A program made the position numbers and the translations under genes. Under the pieces are notes generated by a model. That model did no database searches. It saw nothing but the letters and a program-made list of their open reading frames with translations, and was not told the origin of the DNA. A stretch of DNA of 64,000 nt from Tubulanus polymorphus (taxonomy: Eukaryota; Animalia; Nemertea), in NCBI RefSeq assembly GCF_964204645.1, contig NC_134027.1, positions 8,154,485 to 8,218,484 on the forward strand. Direction: 5' to 3'. Below are positions 41,051 through 54,753 of the stretch, in pieces; within the stretch, counting starts at the first letter, position 1; each line of letters starts with the position of its first letter.

Positions 41051-43875
41051 AATGAAAAATGTTGCATGTCTAGCGATCGGGAACCGGCATTTTGATTGAC
41101 TGGTTTCCAGATGATTGAAGGACCGGTTTCTCTGGGGTAGATGTCTGTCGTATTGATCGTCATTAATGAATGGATGATACGATCTCTTTGATCGTAGGCT
41201 GACCGATTGTTCGAGAGACTCGCATCGTCGTTCGTCGTCGTCGTCGTTGGATTTCGATCGCGAGCAAGATTGGCGTTGCGGCGACTGACCGACGGAGTCG
41301 GCGGATACCCGGCGTAAAACGAAAACAAACAGATCTCGGGCCAAAATCGCGCCGTGTTCGGAGTTTAACGCAAACTAATCAAAACATCTTAACGCGATTG
41401 GTATTGGGGTTTCGATCGAAGCCAGGGAGAAAATTTGATTGATGGCTGGAGATTTGATGATATTTGTAGATTGTATACGGAATCGAACGCGCGATATATG
41501 ATCAATATATGGGAGAAACTAATTCGGCGATACTCTCCGGCTGTAAATCCTCGGGAATTGGGTAGTGATGTTTTTTTTCGTAAAAATACCACTGTGAAAA
41601 CTGCTGGCTTTTTTTGATTCGCGAATCTTGTATGTATGAACCGCTTATGGCACTGGGTACAGGGGCAGATCGTGGTGCACCCCAAAAATACCCCGAAAGA
41701 AAGCCTAACTGATTCTTGGAAATACAAAGAACGTAAGCTTATGAATTTAATCTTTTTAGATACCTTATCAGTTTGATATTTTTCATTTTCCCGTAAAATT
41801 TCTGGGCAACTTGCCATCTTTAGGGGGGGGGGGTGGTGAGATGATGTTTATGCCTGGAAGTGACACAACTATTCACCCCAGATCTACCTAGAGGAGCTGT
41901 ACATGTCTCGATTAGACATTAGTGCGCGTCAACATTGAGATAATGGTGTTTGACAGTAATTTTCAGTCTGAATCAGCGTCGTAAATTGTTGAAATGGACA
42001 GTTTACTCAAATCAATAATGACTTATTACATCGGTTTTCGCTGAAAACCTTCGCGCCGACTTTTCGTGGCTATTCCTGAATAGACAAAAAATCAGGCTAA
42101 TAGACTTTTTTCGGCCCGAGGCTTTCTCAGAAATGATGTCATCTCGCATGTCAGATAATTGTATAACTGATACTTCTGTCTGACATTTAGGTGACAACTT
42201 CATTAACCTAGGATATGAGTTGAAACTTTTTTTGTTCGGCATGGATGCTGGATACGTTACTGGGTATAATATTTACCGCGCTGCGAAAAAGAGATGATGA
42301 TGATTTCCCTCCTGACATTTCATTATGACAGCTGCCACGAGGTATTACGTCAGTCAAATCGACGGTACATGGTATTAGCCGAGATGAGAGAGAGGATGGG
42401 CTACTTCATTTTCAAATCTACCATAGCGCTACCTGTTGTCGGTTACCGGTACTCAGATATTTGATTACCCCACAGTTACAGCAAGTAGAAAATTCGATTG
42501 AAATCAGAACCTCATAAAATATTTAAGTCCGTTTCAATTTCAGTAGCTGATGCACTTTCTTCAAAAACCTCTTCAAGATTCCCAATCTCTTCTTTACAAC
42601 CACGTGCATTTTATTGGAACTGTCCTGTCTTCTCTTAAACTATGTATTATCTCGTCAAAAAATGGGAATTTCAGATATATGTATAATTGGAAGAAATCAT
42701 ATCCGCTTGATAAGTGTGAACTTGAGTACGACTTCATGGAAATACTGCCTGTAGTTGAAAATATATATTTGGCGACATTTGTTCCCTTTCAAGTACTTGT
42801 CGTAGACCGATATTTTCTTTGATCCATTTTATTGCGGAGCCCGTGAATCGTATGTGCCTTAAATAAGCCCGGTCTGGCCACCAGGTCAATCAGTGTTATT
42901 AACTCGCGGCTTGCCTTTTATTAACCGTACAAACAAGCGAGTGTGTATACTATATTATTAGTATTGGTGAGGTGTAAATGAGACCAGGTATTGTTCAGTC
43001 ATACCGAGGATTGTTGTCAAAAAGGAATTCCGCTTTACCTGTCAGTAATTTATGGTTTACACATATGTAATATATATGTATATTGCATTTTGGTCAAGCG
43101 ACAAACAGTAAAAACATGTCCAAAATTACATTATGCCCTCGATGAACTGCAAGGTTTAAGAGATAAAAATTTGGTGCAATTTCTGAATTAAGGAGCCCCT
43201 CCCCGAGTCTATGGCATTTTTAAGGTTGAATGTTACAAAACCCGATGGACTTGCCTGATGTGCCCTAAGTGACACATTTACCCAGCCTTTACGATGATGA
43301 TACAGTCCTAAAATGTAGCCGGCAGTATAAAGAATATAATATCGCATATTTGCCGCATGTTGTTTTCATGGGAATGAAATGTCTTGGGAAAAACTAGACG
43401 TGTTTTTTGCCCTGTGATAATATCCATTAAATTGGTAAGCTATTACATGGGATGATAAGCCTTCTTTTGAAGTGATATAATCGCCAGCCCTTCCCATTGC
43501 CATAAAACTGTATAAATTACACTGTAATGTGCGCGCTATTATTTATGGGTAATTTCGGAGAATCTTGCATTAATAGTCGAGGTCTTTCTCTCTCTGGCTC
43601 TCCTGTGATTTATCGATGTATTTTATAGCGTTAAATCTGTTATGAATATTTGTACACCCACCGAATAACTCATTGTCTCGTGTTCTGAAAGCGCCTTCGT
43701 AGTTTTATTGGAAATTCTCATGTTTGAAGTTATAAAAATGTCCGATCTCTGATTATATTCGCTAACTGGGATCTAGGTTAGCGGTAAAAGGCACCTCTGT
43801 ACAACTCCCATTCTTCAAATAAGGTAAAAATCAAGTAGATACAATCTTAAGCGGATCTCTACATTTGGGATCTAA

Positions 43876-43992
43876 AGCCACGATCGCACAAGCGTTCTTT
43901 TGGTCAGGCCAAATTTGGCCCGGAACAACTGTTCACACGGGCCAAATTGGTAGGGACCAGGGCCAAATCATCTCTGTGGTGTGATCGCGGCT
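43876..43992. mobile_element. GCCGCGATCACAC-TIR MITE (copy 4, short)
   Basis: agccacgatcgcac...gtgtgatcgcggct with an internal deletion. Confidence 0.8.
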
Positions 43993-44919
43993 TATGGTCG
44001 CGTCACGTTGATAACATAAGAGTTGGAATTTCTTTTCAAATGAACCGATGAAATAACGGTTATTCTAATTTGAATATGCACAAGTTGACGAATGAACCCA
44101 GCATCTACACTGCAATTAAACACACACATACAGAGTCAGAGACCTGTTTGCAGTAAATACTCGGTGAATGGAATAATTCTAGTCACATTCTCGTCGTATT
44201 CCGATCATGTCTCCTGAATGACGGACGAATTCATTGAATGTTAATAACGACTGTTCCTGTAGAATCTATCTACTCTCGTAATACTTTACATTCAGTTTCT
44301 CCATACGTGTCTATTACAAAAGTATTTGTCATTACAGTTTTCTTACGTTTAAGCGCGTTATTGATGATTAGATAATCTCATTTCCGACGTAAAATTACTT
44401 TTCAATTTGTCATTGAAGAAATGTGAATATCATTGTGTTAATCTATTTAGATTACGACTGAATACGTGAGAGTCTCGGATTCTTGGTATTTCTTAATGGT
44501 TACTATACCACTATTGCTTATGGCTGATTTCAATAGGTAAATTTTTCTCAACTCTTTGTTATTGGCTGAAGTATCTTCTTGAAGTGGTTTATGACTGTTC
44601 CGACAGAAATTTCGAGTTGATTCTTCGCGAGATGATGTCTTGGTTACTATTGACTTCTTACGGTTGCGTTTTGTGTGAGTTATCATCTTCCCCGTGGGTT
44701 ACCGATTCTGAATCATACAAACACCATAATTAAACGTCCTCGTCATCGGGGAAACATCATTGAGTTAGCTGAAAATGCTGAGGCGAACGACGTCAACAGT
44801 TCAAGGTGAAAATGAATTTGTAAGGATTGGTCAAGCTTTTTTGATGCAGAAGTTCGAATCATTCCTAAGATCAAGGGTCAACTGTATATCAGGCAGTATG
44901 GTTCTCCCGACTAAGTTAC

Positions 44920-45350
44920 ACGGGGTCCCTATGACTCCTTGATTTTTTAAAAACTCCTTCAAAATGCTTGAAACTCCTTTAATTTGAGCAAAATGTCAAA
45001 TATTCCTTTAACACACTCCTTCCATTTTGAGAAATAGGTAATTAGATCCTCCAGAAGTTGTACATTAGATTACGCCTAATTCGGTACAGTTGGAAGCGAG
45101 GTTTTTTTGTTACCCAATTAGGCGGTTATCGAATTAGAAACTGAGTTCAGTAGTGTCAAGGATAAAAAAATTGCTTACAAAACCACTGAATTAATAGTTT
45201 ACCGAGATGAACAGTACCGTTTAATAAGGAGTCTATAGTAATTGGGGTATAAAAGTGATGCAGGCGCTTCTTTGAAATGTGAAATTTTTTTCTTTCAAAC
45301 TCCTTGAAAACTACTTATATCCTGAAATGACAGATCTGTCGGGACCCTGT
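44920..45350. mobile_element. Possible non-autonomous DNA transposon with repeated actcctt subterminal motifs
   Basis: Ends cggggtccc...gggaccctg; actcctt repeated about 5 times near the termini. Confidence 0.4.
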
Positions 45351-46097
45351 TACTCAAAAAGAGGGAGTTCTGTTACTGGCATAAAGGCATATATGTGCCC
45401 CTTTTAGCCAGACAGAATTTGATAAAAGAATGTTTGCATCTCTCGAATTAGCATGGCTATACCTCTACTAAATACCACCCTGAAACATCGCAGTCAAAGT
45501 CAATTGGGAATTATCAATCGAGTTTACAGTTGCCTTGACCAATTTTTATTACACTTCCTGTGTAAATCAAAACATAGCGCGACGACCGATTCCTGTCTAG
45601 TCGGGATGCTGCAATTTTGGCTGATAACTCCGTTCTTCTGTGGCTTATGCGGTTATCAACGTTCAGCATTAATTGTTGATAATTAACTTATATATACATT
45701 TATATCACAGAATTGTACCGGGATGAACTTCAGCGTGAAAACTGAAACAAAAACAAAACGCAACCCCAGAATTTCTTCTTTTATTTATCGGCATTAGCAC
45801 TCTGATATCAAAACCACTATAAAATCATGCATTTGATTGCTATTGATTTATGAATGATGAGGTTTTCGGTTTGGAATATATTTTTAGGTCAATCTTATCC
45901 TTGCTATTATGTTTTGTATATCTTAGTTTCATAATATCATAGAACAGTGATGCTGTTCAACACCTGTTAAACTCTGGTTATCATAACAAATCTGACAGGA
46001 TTTTCATTCTTTCACCTTGCTTTTAGTTATTTAATTTAGATCAGCCACCGTGAAAATGTTCTTAAATATGATATTCGGGCTTCTCACTTGTACCGTA

Positions 46098-46230
46098 CTG
46101 GAGCCAGTTGCTCAAAAGTTGGTTAGAGAAAACCGGCGAATAGAAACCATAGTAACAATGCAATTTCAATTATCACTATCAACTATCCACTGGTTAGCAG
46201 CTGTAGCCAACTTTTGAGCAATTGACCCCT
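46098..46230. mobile_element. Short palindromic MITE
   Basis: ggagccagttgctcaaaagttggttagag...ctgtagccaacttttgagcaattgacccc inverted arms. Confidence 0.75.
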
Positions 46231-46659
46231 GCTTGACAAGGCATTTTTGGTCGTCTCCCCCACCTGTTACATAAAGAAGAGCAAGTTTAAGGAAATTTCA
46301 TTTTCTGCCGATCAGCAAGCTGACAGGAGGCTGGGCCGTCGGGCGACAATAAGCCGATGCATTCTCCCTTGAAAACAACGTTTGATCCGGACGATAATTG
46401 CATTTTATTGGATTGATACGGGAAAACACTAGCGTCTAATTAACCCGAGTCGTACGCGAGATAATCTCGATATCGGTTACAGTTGAATTAATTCCTAGCG
46501 AGGGTGCCGCAGAAAGTCTGTTTGATCTAGCCCTGCAGGAAACCGCGATTCTACGATATACACCCCAGCAGCAGCAGCAGCAGCGGGTGAGAGACTGCTA
46601 TCGCCGTCGTACTGAGAGACTGATATTATTATTGTCATGCCTCAATATTGTCTCATCCG

Positions 46660-48300
46660 ATACACTGCGGGCGGCGCGGGCGCCTTTGATGTTTCGCAAA
46701 CGTAACCTCATAATTGTATTACTGCGGCGAAATCGGCATTCGTTCTCGCCGGATTTCAGTTGAATCCCGTCGCAAATGACTAAAACTCCCGCGGGACGTG
46801 ATCCCGTCATCGCCGGGGCCCTCGTATAATACCGCGTAGTCGCGACCGCCGCTGATCACGTTTAACAATTTTGACAGTTTCAATGCGACATCAAAGGAAT
46901 CGGTTGATAGACACCGACGTGCGACGCCGTAGCTATATAATCAGTTCGTAATGTCGAAAACTTGCCTCAAATGGAAAGTATCGTCGCCCGGGAGTGCTTC
47001 CGAGCGTGATTGGCTACGTCGAAACGTCACTTACCGGCTAGCGCGGATCGAGGTTAAACCGCATTTACGCGATGCGTCCGCCCGGAAAGCTGGAATTATC
47101 TCGGAAATGGATTTTGCGGCCTCGTTCGGCGGGATGATTGGGTGAGGTTGACTGTAATGAAGTGACAGCGAGCAAACACACGTGTTGCCGGTGAATTGCA
47201 AGAATGTCGATTTGATGTGTGTTTTATTGAAAGAGATGTTTGAATAGTGAAATCGCTGTAAAACGAATGTGAGAAATTTCTGCAAAAACATCACTTATGT
47301 TTATCAAGAAAACTGACTTGAAAGTTTATCGATGCCTTGAAAAATAACATCTATATTGCTTGATATTGTCGACAGTAAATGATGTACTATGATTTTAATG
47401 ATATCAGGGTTTTGTGGGATTTGAATATATGGATCGATAATGAAATAAGCATTACGAAATAGATTTGATTATAAGTTAAACGCCGAAATTCACAATTATG
47501 TTTTGTTATTTTGAAACGCCAATATTGATGACGCAGTGCATATCGACTGATACAGAACCCCTTAGATAACGTGTAAGATATCAATGTAGATGAACATTAT
47601 TATAATGGTTTTCATGGCGTCAAAAAAGACATTTCACGTGAATAATCAAGATATTCGTAACCTTTTAAGGCATTTTTTCATTTTCATTTACGAGTGTTTT
47701 ACTTTGATGAATCACGCAGTTTTTGCCACTTTGCCCTCACTGACTAGAAGTTTCTTTGCGAGATCGATTACTCAGTAGAATTATTTATTTGGAAGAGACC
47801 GGGAACAAACAACTTGCCGGCCTCTTGTTCAGCCACCCACTCACTCACCTGCGTCGATTTAAGATGTGATAGATCACGATATTAATCAGCGAGGTTAGCG
47901 CCTTGCTACTAAAACGACTGCTTTGATCCACCGACCCGAAAGCAACCGATGGTTTTTACGCAGCAGTCTCGTCTCTCGTTTTACCAAGAATTTCGCGGGG
48001 CACCGGGTGTCAGTTTTAGCACCGTTTGACCCGCCGTTAAAACCGCCACCGTCTTAAATCATGATGTTCTAAACCCGAGATCACCGATTACGGCTTCTCG
48101 GAAAAAAAGCGCCGACCTACCGAACGCCTTTCTACCAAAACAGACCCAGCGTGAGCGAATATTTTACCTAAGCCATGCTTCAGATCATCGATCGAGCCTG
48201 CTGTGCGGGAAAATATTTACAGGTACATGAGAGGTTCCCGATCAAAGCGTAAAGCCGTCGTAAGAACGTATGTTCAATTCCGCGTTGATCAAAGATAAGA
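46660..48300. promoter_or_regulatory. CpG-rich intronic cluster of TCF/LEF-like sites (candidate Wnt-response enhancer)
   Basis: GCCTTTGATG at 46682, ACATCAAAGG at 46888, GCTTTGATC at 47920, GATCAAAGC at 48240, GATCAAAG at 48287, with nearby GGCGGC/CCGCC Helper-like motifs. Confidence 0.5.
47320..47625 (+). repeat. Dispersed repeat, copy 3 of 3
   Basis: gaaagtttatcgatgccttgaaaaataaca...tttgaaacgccaatattgatgacgcagtgcatatcgactgatacagaacccctt...catggcgtcaaaa. Confidence 0.75.
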
Positions 48301-51300
48301 ATGTCTGACTCTTTCTATACGAGAATTCATCAGTAAGTCAACATTGTGTAAAGGAGTGTTTGCTTTAAAGTGTTCGTTTTTGGTATTCTGAAAAAGGAGA
48401 ACTTTTATCTGAGGAAAGGAAATTCATATTTATCATCATCATAATGATCATCAGATTTTCCGTAGAGCCATAGTTGTAAAATTGTCAAAGTCAAGATAGT
48501 TGTCTAGCTAGTTACATTATTTTGGTTTTTACTAAATATTCAGATAAACTATTTACCTGTAGCCTGTTATTGAAATATTAGTTATTTCGTTTTCTGAGAA
48601 ATCTTGCCTAGTCCAAATATCTACCCACGTACATCTAGTTACAATCTTTCAGTTCAATTGTTTGTTTAAAAATGTGGTATATGTGTGCATCTGTTCGGTA
48701 AGTATGGATCTTCTTTGCCTTAACTGGAGTCGAAATTCATTCAATTGTGGGTGGGGTCTAGTGAAAATCTGAGAAATTCTGAAAATTATGCAGATGTTTG
48801 GCCATTTTTAAAATGTATTTTACTTTATGGGTGGGTGGATTGATCCGCAGATGGTTTGCATTGAAACAACCTTTCTGGGTGTTAGAGAGCGCGCATAGTT
48901 TGTGCGATATTTATTAGATCGCCACCACTTTCTGATAGCACACGGTTTTAATGGCTTGCATATTGTGGTTCTCCGAATGATACAGGTATATCCCTGACCT
49001 GGTGAAGAGCGCCTGCGAACCATTGATTCATGTTAACCACAGCAAAACACTCCGATCTCTAAACCTCCTCCTCCTACTCACGAGAAACAAGGAATAGAAA
49101 CTTCAATAGATCGTATATACGCGTTCTACCTTCACTTGGATTTTATGCATTCGTGTTAAGTTTTGGAATTTCTTCGCAAAGTTTCTATTTATCTGTTCGA
49201 ATGGATTTTTTCAAATGGAGACCGTCGTTAATCATCGACAAGGAATAGTTCTTGTAGAAAAATATTCGGAAAGACTTTTTGTTGGATTCTGATATCGGTA
49301 GGTATCATGGTAATCTGACTGGTGTGGATGAATTCAAGTAGAGCAGGGCTGGACTGTATTTTGAATGAATGAATAGCAATTTTCATGAAGTCTGGCCCAA
49401 ATTATTGCTTAAGGATATGAAAATCAGGGACAGATTCAAGGGGAGGGTGCAGGGGATACGTACCCCCTCCTAAAAATGTCAAGTTGCTGAGAATGTTATA
49501 TATTAAACTGATACAGGAACTAGTTTTGGATTAGGAAGTTTTTCTCCGTATTTCTAAAAATGAATTTATTTTTTTTCGATTAACTTTCTGTGAGGAGCCC
49601 TTTTAATTTTATGAAATGCTCTTTTGTCAGACCCTAGATCCGTCTCTGTATATAATGTCAATGTTTTCAATAATGAATCAATCTCTGTCAAAATTATGCG
49701 AGGAGGGAGCATCGATGCCCCGTAAACTTAGATTATTTTGAATTGGGAGTAGACCTGTCGTCAATGTCTTGCCAGTTCACTCGCTGCTTTCGAAGTTAGA
49801 TGTAATCAGAATATTACACATTATGATCAAATATTGATGAGTTATTTATGGCCTCCAAACCTACTTAATGTAGTTATGTGACGTTTGTTGGATCCACCAT
49901 GTTTACCTCATCAATTGTTTACTGGATCTAGGAGCGCGCACGATGGTGATGAGTCAATTCTTTAATCAACGCTGGACTCAACTACGTCATCCCTCAGAGG
50001 AGCTGTATGTGCTCCGAATGATCATATCGTAGCCTTTGATGTATTGGAATTCATTCTAGTTTTATTCAGAATTATATTATTTAATGATGCTAGTCTGGAT
50101 GATGCCAATGGGTCTAGAAAGCTTTTTGATATATGAGGAAGTAATGAAAGATTTATCCCTTGAAGTCGCCAATTACAGATACAATACCACTTTTATCCAG
50201 GTTTGTACATCTGTATCCTCCACAACAGGTTTTAGAGGGGCGACCACTTCTTTCACTTTTTCATCCACCCCTCTGAAAATCAGCCTCCCCTTTACAAAAT
50301 ATCCACTGTCCCTACCAGAAATAAAAGATTACACTGAAATCGAGCTTTAATTTTCTGTGTTTTTTGGTGGTTGAAAGCCTTGCTACCTCAGCATGTCATA
50401 CACTTAACAATGAATGCAGCCCTTAAGGAATTCCAGCATATGGAGAAGATTTGTACATAGTCTAGATGAATTTGTGAAGAATATTCATTGTTTTTGGCCT
50501 AGCGTTTCGATTGATGTGGAGCTGATACATTGTATCCGTCGAGTAAAGAGTTTGTTTGACTCTAGAAAGTGTTTTAAGAGATAGACTACGGCCGAGCTGC
50601 TGATAATTCTGTCGCTTTCATTCATTTATCAGTATTTTTTCTTCTCGATGTTTTTGAGTGATTGATAGGCGAGATTTCGATGAAGACATTACCTGGCTGG
50701 CTGGCTGCTATGTGGTGATTTGAATCATTGATTTGTGTGGTTATTTTATTTGATAGCTCGCCACAGATGCTTACATCGCTGCATTCGATGTTATTTGGCT
50801 TTTCTTCAATTCTCAAATAACTTTATACACCACAACTAATTGTTTGTCAGTTGTATGTCAAAAGGTGGTTTGCTGGAGTCTGGAAATAGTCAGTAGTCAA
50901 TACTGTGTGATGCTTTGCTATGATGATTATTGAAGATTAACATAAATCTGGTAATAACGTCACGGCGATGAAAGACTCATTATCGAAAAGAAGACCTACC
51001 TGATATGCTGACCATAGAGAGGATTACCAGTATATGTGTTGATTCAATAAACCTGCTTACGTAATGATGGAATACCACCCAACCTTAGAATTTAGATGGA
51101 CAACACATTCTATTTTCCCATCAATTCTTGACCGCTGAGTTATATTGGCGATTTCAATTATTTTAGTTGGCGCAATCTGATCGGTCATATGCCTGCTTAA
51201 TTACCTCGATATTCCATCTGTGAGTCATCCATCAAACTGGCGTGGTCATCTAATCATTGATCTGTTTGTTCAACTGCTGGAAGACATGTTACAGTGTATT

Positions 51301-52790
51301 CAATATTGACCATCAGTTTCTAATCAATTCCACTTCTGAATGTGACACAATAATTGATCATTTGACCTCAGGTAATATCGATACATACATACACATATAT
51401 GAATACTATTGCCATGCACATCAGATTTCTATGTTAGAACCTCGTTAGCAATCATGTTTGTGATGTTTAGGTCGGATATTGATGAGACATTAACATATTT
51501 TGCATTATTTCAAGCTAGTATAAGATACTAAATATTATTGATGAAAGTAAGGTTGGGATTAACCTGGATGGTAAAAAGACTATGGGGTATCTGTTCGTTC
51601 TGATCCTTTGAACGAACACGATAAGTTTCATGATTGTGGCTGGTATCAAGTCAATTCGAGATGATGTCTTCTTGTTTCAATACATTTTCTGGACAGTTAG
51701 TCCATCCATGGTATGACCGATGAGGTTAAGCTTGGTCAGCCATGTGATCGTCGGATACAATCCCTCGTCTATCATATTGCGTGTAATAAACATAGAAATA
51801 GTACATACACACATTCGCGATATACGTAATGACGTTATTTGATTGAATTTCGATGAGGTCATTAAAGCGTTTCAGTCATTTCCTCTTTGAGAGATCGATG
51901 AGAGAAATTCTTCGCCTCCACTTCGATGGCGGTATTGTGTTGCGATTAGCGAAAGATTGTGTATTGTGATTCATGAGATGAGAGCCAGGTATGCGGCGGC
52001 AGCAGCAGCAGCAGCAGCAGGTTTCTTCATTCGTTCGTTCGGTTTCAGAATATTCATCAATAATCTCCGCCCGCAGTTCGATATGCAACCTTACCGTTCC
52101 CCGTTTTGCACCACTGCCGCCGCGTGTTACTCTCAAATGCTCGCCGACTACACCGTTGCACCTTGCTTCCGACTCTTGTTAACAAGCTCCGTTATGGTTG
52201 TTGAGAATTCCCGACGTCAGAGCGTTTCTACCGCCGCGCCGACACCGACAAAGAAAATATTGTCAGCGTTTACCTGAAAAATTGCCTACGTAGATATTTT
52301 GATGGGGGATTCGGAGGGTAGTAAAAAGCGCTTGGAGCTTGTATCATACACGCGTTTGAAGTCACGGTCACTGAAGCCGATGGGGTTATCGAGGACTCGA
52401 GGCATCAGCCTCGATGTGCTGTAATGTATTATCATCGTTATACCCGGTGATGTTGGCAAGTAGGTAACCAACCATCATTTTGAGAGCGCTGAAGCACTTT
52501 CAACGATAATGTAGTGTAACTCGAGGTTCTATTATTTCTTGTTCTATAGAAAAAGAAATACTTTTTTGCGTTGACATTTTCTTCTCGCTGCGAGAATCAA
52601 ACGCAGGATGATCTTGTACGTTATGGTACACTGTGAGTTTTGGACAATAGCAAGCTAAAACATATCACGTTTTATACAGTGTGAGAAATTAACCTGTATG
52701 GTGGTTTATTGTAAGGGGTCGATTGATCATTAAAAAAAGTCTTGTTATTGTCACTTATCATAACGCGTTTTCTATCTTGTGTCTTTACAG

Positions 52791-52866
52791 GAATTTTCAT
52801 TCTGTCTAACTCGTGGAGATCACTGTATTGACAAGCTGGCTGATGAAGAGAAGATACCACTGAAGG
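52791..52866 (+). CDS. nkd: naked cuticle coding exon 4 (EFSFCLTRGDHCIDKLADEEKIPLK)
   Basis: tcttgtgtctttacag acceptor, G|gtaagt donor; 76 nt, phase 0 to 1, exactly bridging exons 3 and 5 to give PLKVVLPPQK. Confidence 0.8.
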
Positions 52867-53784
52867 GTAAGTTACCTGATTCCACGTAGCTCGACTTACA
52901 TTTCGACGAGCAAGAGCCTGAAAATACGGTTCTTATTCCGTGTAGCAGTTGTTAGAGACAGTTATTTTTTTCATTCTTGCCAGATCATTTCATCTAGGGG
53001 GCTAGATCAGTGGCGTCAAAAGTAATCAGTGATTAGCATTTTAGACATTTGACCAGTGATGGTCTTTCATCAATTATTGTAGCTGGTATAGTTTCAATTG
53101 TTTTCTTCTGAAAATTTGTCTATAACATTTTCAGTTCATGTTTTTTAAAGGGTATTATTGTTGATCTAAATTCATCCGCCCCTTTTGGTTATTGTTGATC
53201 TGAATTCATCCGCCCCTTTCGGTTATTCGAGTCATTCCTTCAAGTCATTTTCATGATACTTTTATCATCTGTGTATCAGTCGATGCACAGCCACAACTGC
53301 TGCGCCCCAGTTTCCTATATCCGATCATATGGTATAGCGAAGAATCATAACGGCAGATTGGTTATTTTATTTCCGACAAGTGGTAATATGAATATCAGAT
53401 CATTTTCAGGTGGTAGTGATATCCCACATGCATCTGTAAAAATATTAATAATTTCATCCTTTCAAACGCCAACTGCGAGTTGTTAATTCTTGTAAGCTGA
53501 TCCACCAGTTAACAGCACTTCTTTGTCGGAAAACCTTCAATCCTTGTCTTTCCAATGAAAGTCGTCCACTAAAATTAGACTTCTTCAAGAATTTTTACTG
53601 AGAGAATCAGAATTTTATCTCGAGTGAAGAATGATATTAGGCTTTCCAATCTGGAAAGGTTATGATATTGTCGTAATCAAATTTTCATATGAACACATCT
53701 TAATTCTGTATGAATTAGGCTTTACTGTGGGTAACTGTTCATTGATGTAGGTGGGGTTCCTGGTTGTGGTCTTGTCACATTCAT

Positions 53785-54029
53785 AGCCGCGATCACACGG
53801 AGAAGATTTGGCCTAGGCCAAATTGGCACCGATCCGGCTCGGGCCAAATTTGGCCCGTGCTTAATTAGAGAGCACGTTCATACGCAAACCATTCACTCGA
53901 TACTCAACAATACTCAAACAAAGCGAAGTGGATCATTTCCGGTGACAGTTGCAATTCAAATGCAATCATTTGCCTGGTGCTAGAATTAGGCTCGGGCCTG
54001 GTCCGACGTTTTTGGTCGGGTAGCGGCTT
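53785..54029. mobile_element. GCCGCGATCACAC-TIR MITE (copy 5)
   Basis: agccgcgatcacacggagaagatttggcc...gtagcggctta. Confidence 0.8.
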
Positions 54030-54616
54030 ATATGCGAGGGAAAGTCGCTTTAACGCAAATATTACGGCTAATGAGATAAGCAGACAATTTCTGAATTATT
54101 CTGCGGAAGACATATACCTAGTAAGAGTTATATTGACATTGGACTTATGATTAGACTGAAAAATATCGATTATACCCTTACATTAATTGCTGTGCTGTGT
54201 AGAGCAATATGGCAGCAGTGGGATTCACATTAAGACGTGTTAGAAAGGTTTACTTCTGTAGGTTTTGACCCTCCAGGGGGGTAGCTTATATAATACCACC
54301 TGCCTGTCAATCAATCAACCTTCTACTATTGATCTGAAATCAATACTTATGATGCGTTTGTATTGCGAGAGTTTAGAAAGCCTACGAAGCCACTGAAATG
54401 CATCGATCGACTTGGATTCTGAATATATAAAGCAATATGAGATCTCCAGCTTTTAATTGATTTTATGAAGAAATTGTTAAGATATGATTTATGCTTGAAG
54501 CGCTAATTGCAAATAATGCATTTCAGTTTTATCCTAAATGTTTTTGGCGGGAATAGCTTACCAGAGCAAAGGAGGATAATGTCGAAAATGAAATGTTTCT
54601 TGTTTTTGTATTTCAG

Positions 54617-54753
54617 TGGTTCTGCCACCTCAGAAACTAAACAACACAACCAGAATACTTACTATAGACCACGAGTTTGAGAAAGATTTCGACAAAACGC
54701 CAATAGAATCCGAGACCGATAATACCAAAATTGGAGATAGTATAAATGTGGAG
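54617..54753 (+). CDS. nkd: naked cuticle coding exon 5 (VVLPPQKLNNTT...GDSINVE)
   Basis: tgtttttgtatttcag acceptor, GAG|gtaagt donor; VVLPPQK matches the conserved V(A/V)LPP(E/Q)K motif; phase 1 to 0. Confidence 0.88.

Noticed and set aside
40796-41344. ORFs with MHHINT / PCTILI repeats, and possible CRISPR-like periodicity
   Set aside because: An 18-bp minisatellite with no unique spacers, open in several frames by chance; the context is eukaryotic.
51876-52471. Poly-Q/A/C ORFs and an ATG-led MGDSEGSKKR frame as another alternative nkd first exon
   Set aside because: Driven by a (GCA)n repeat; frames hit stops before any donor compatible with exon 4. At most a non-coding exon.
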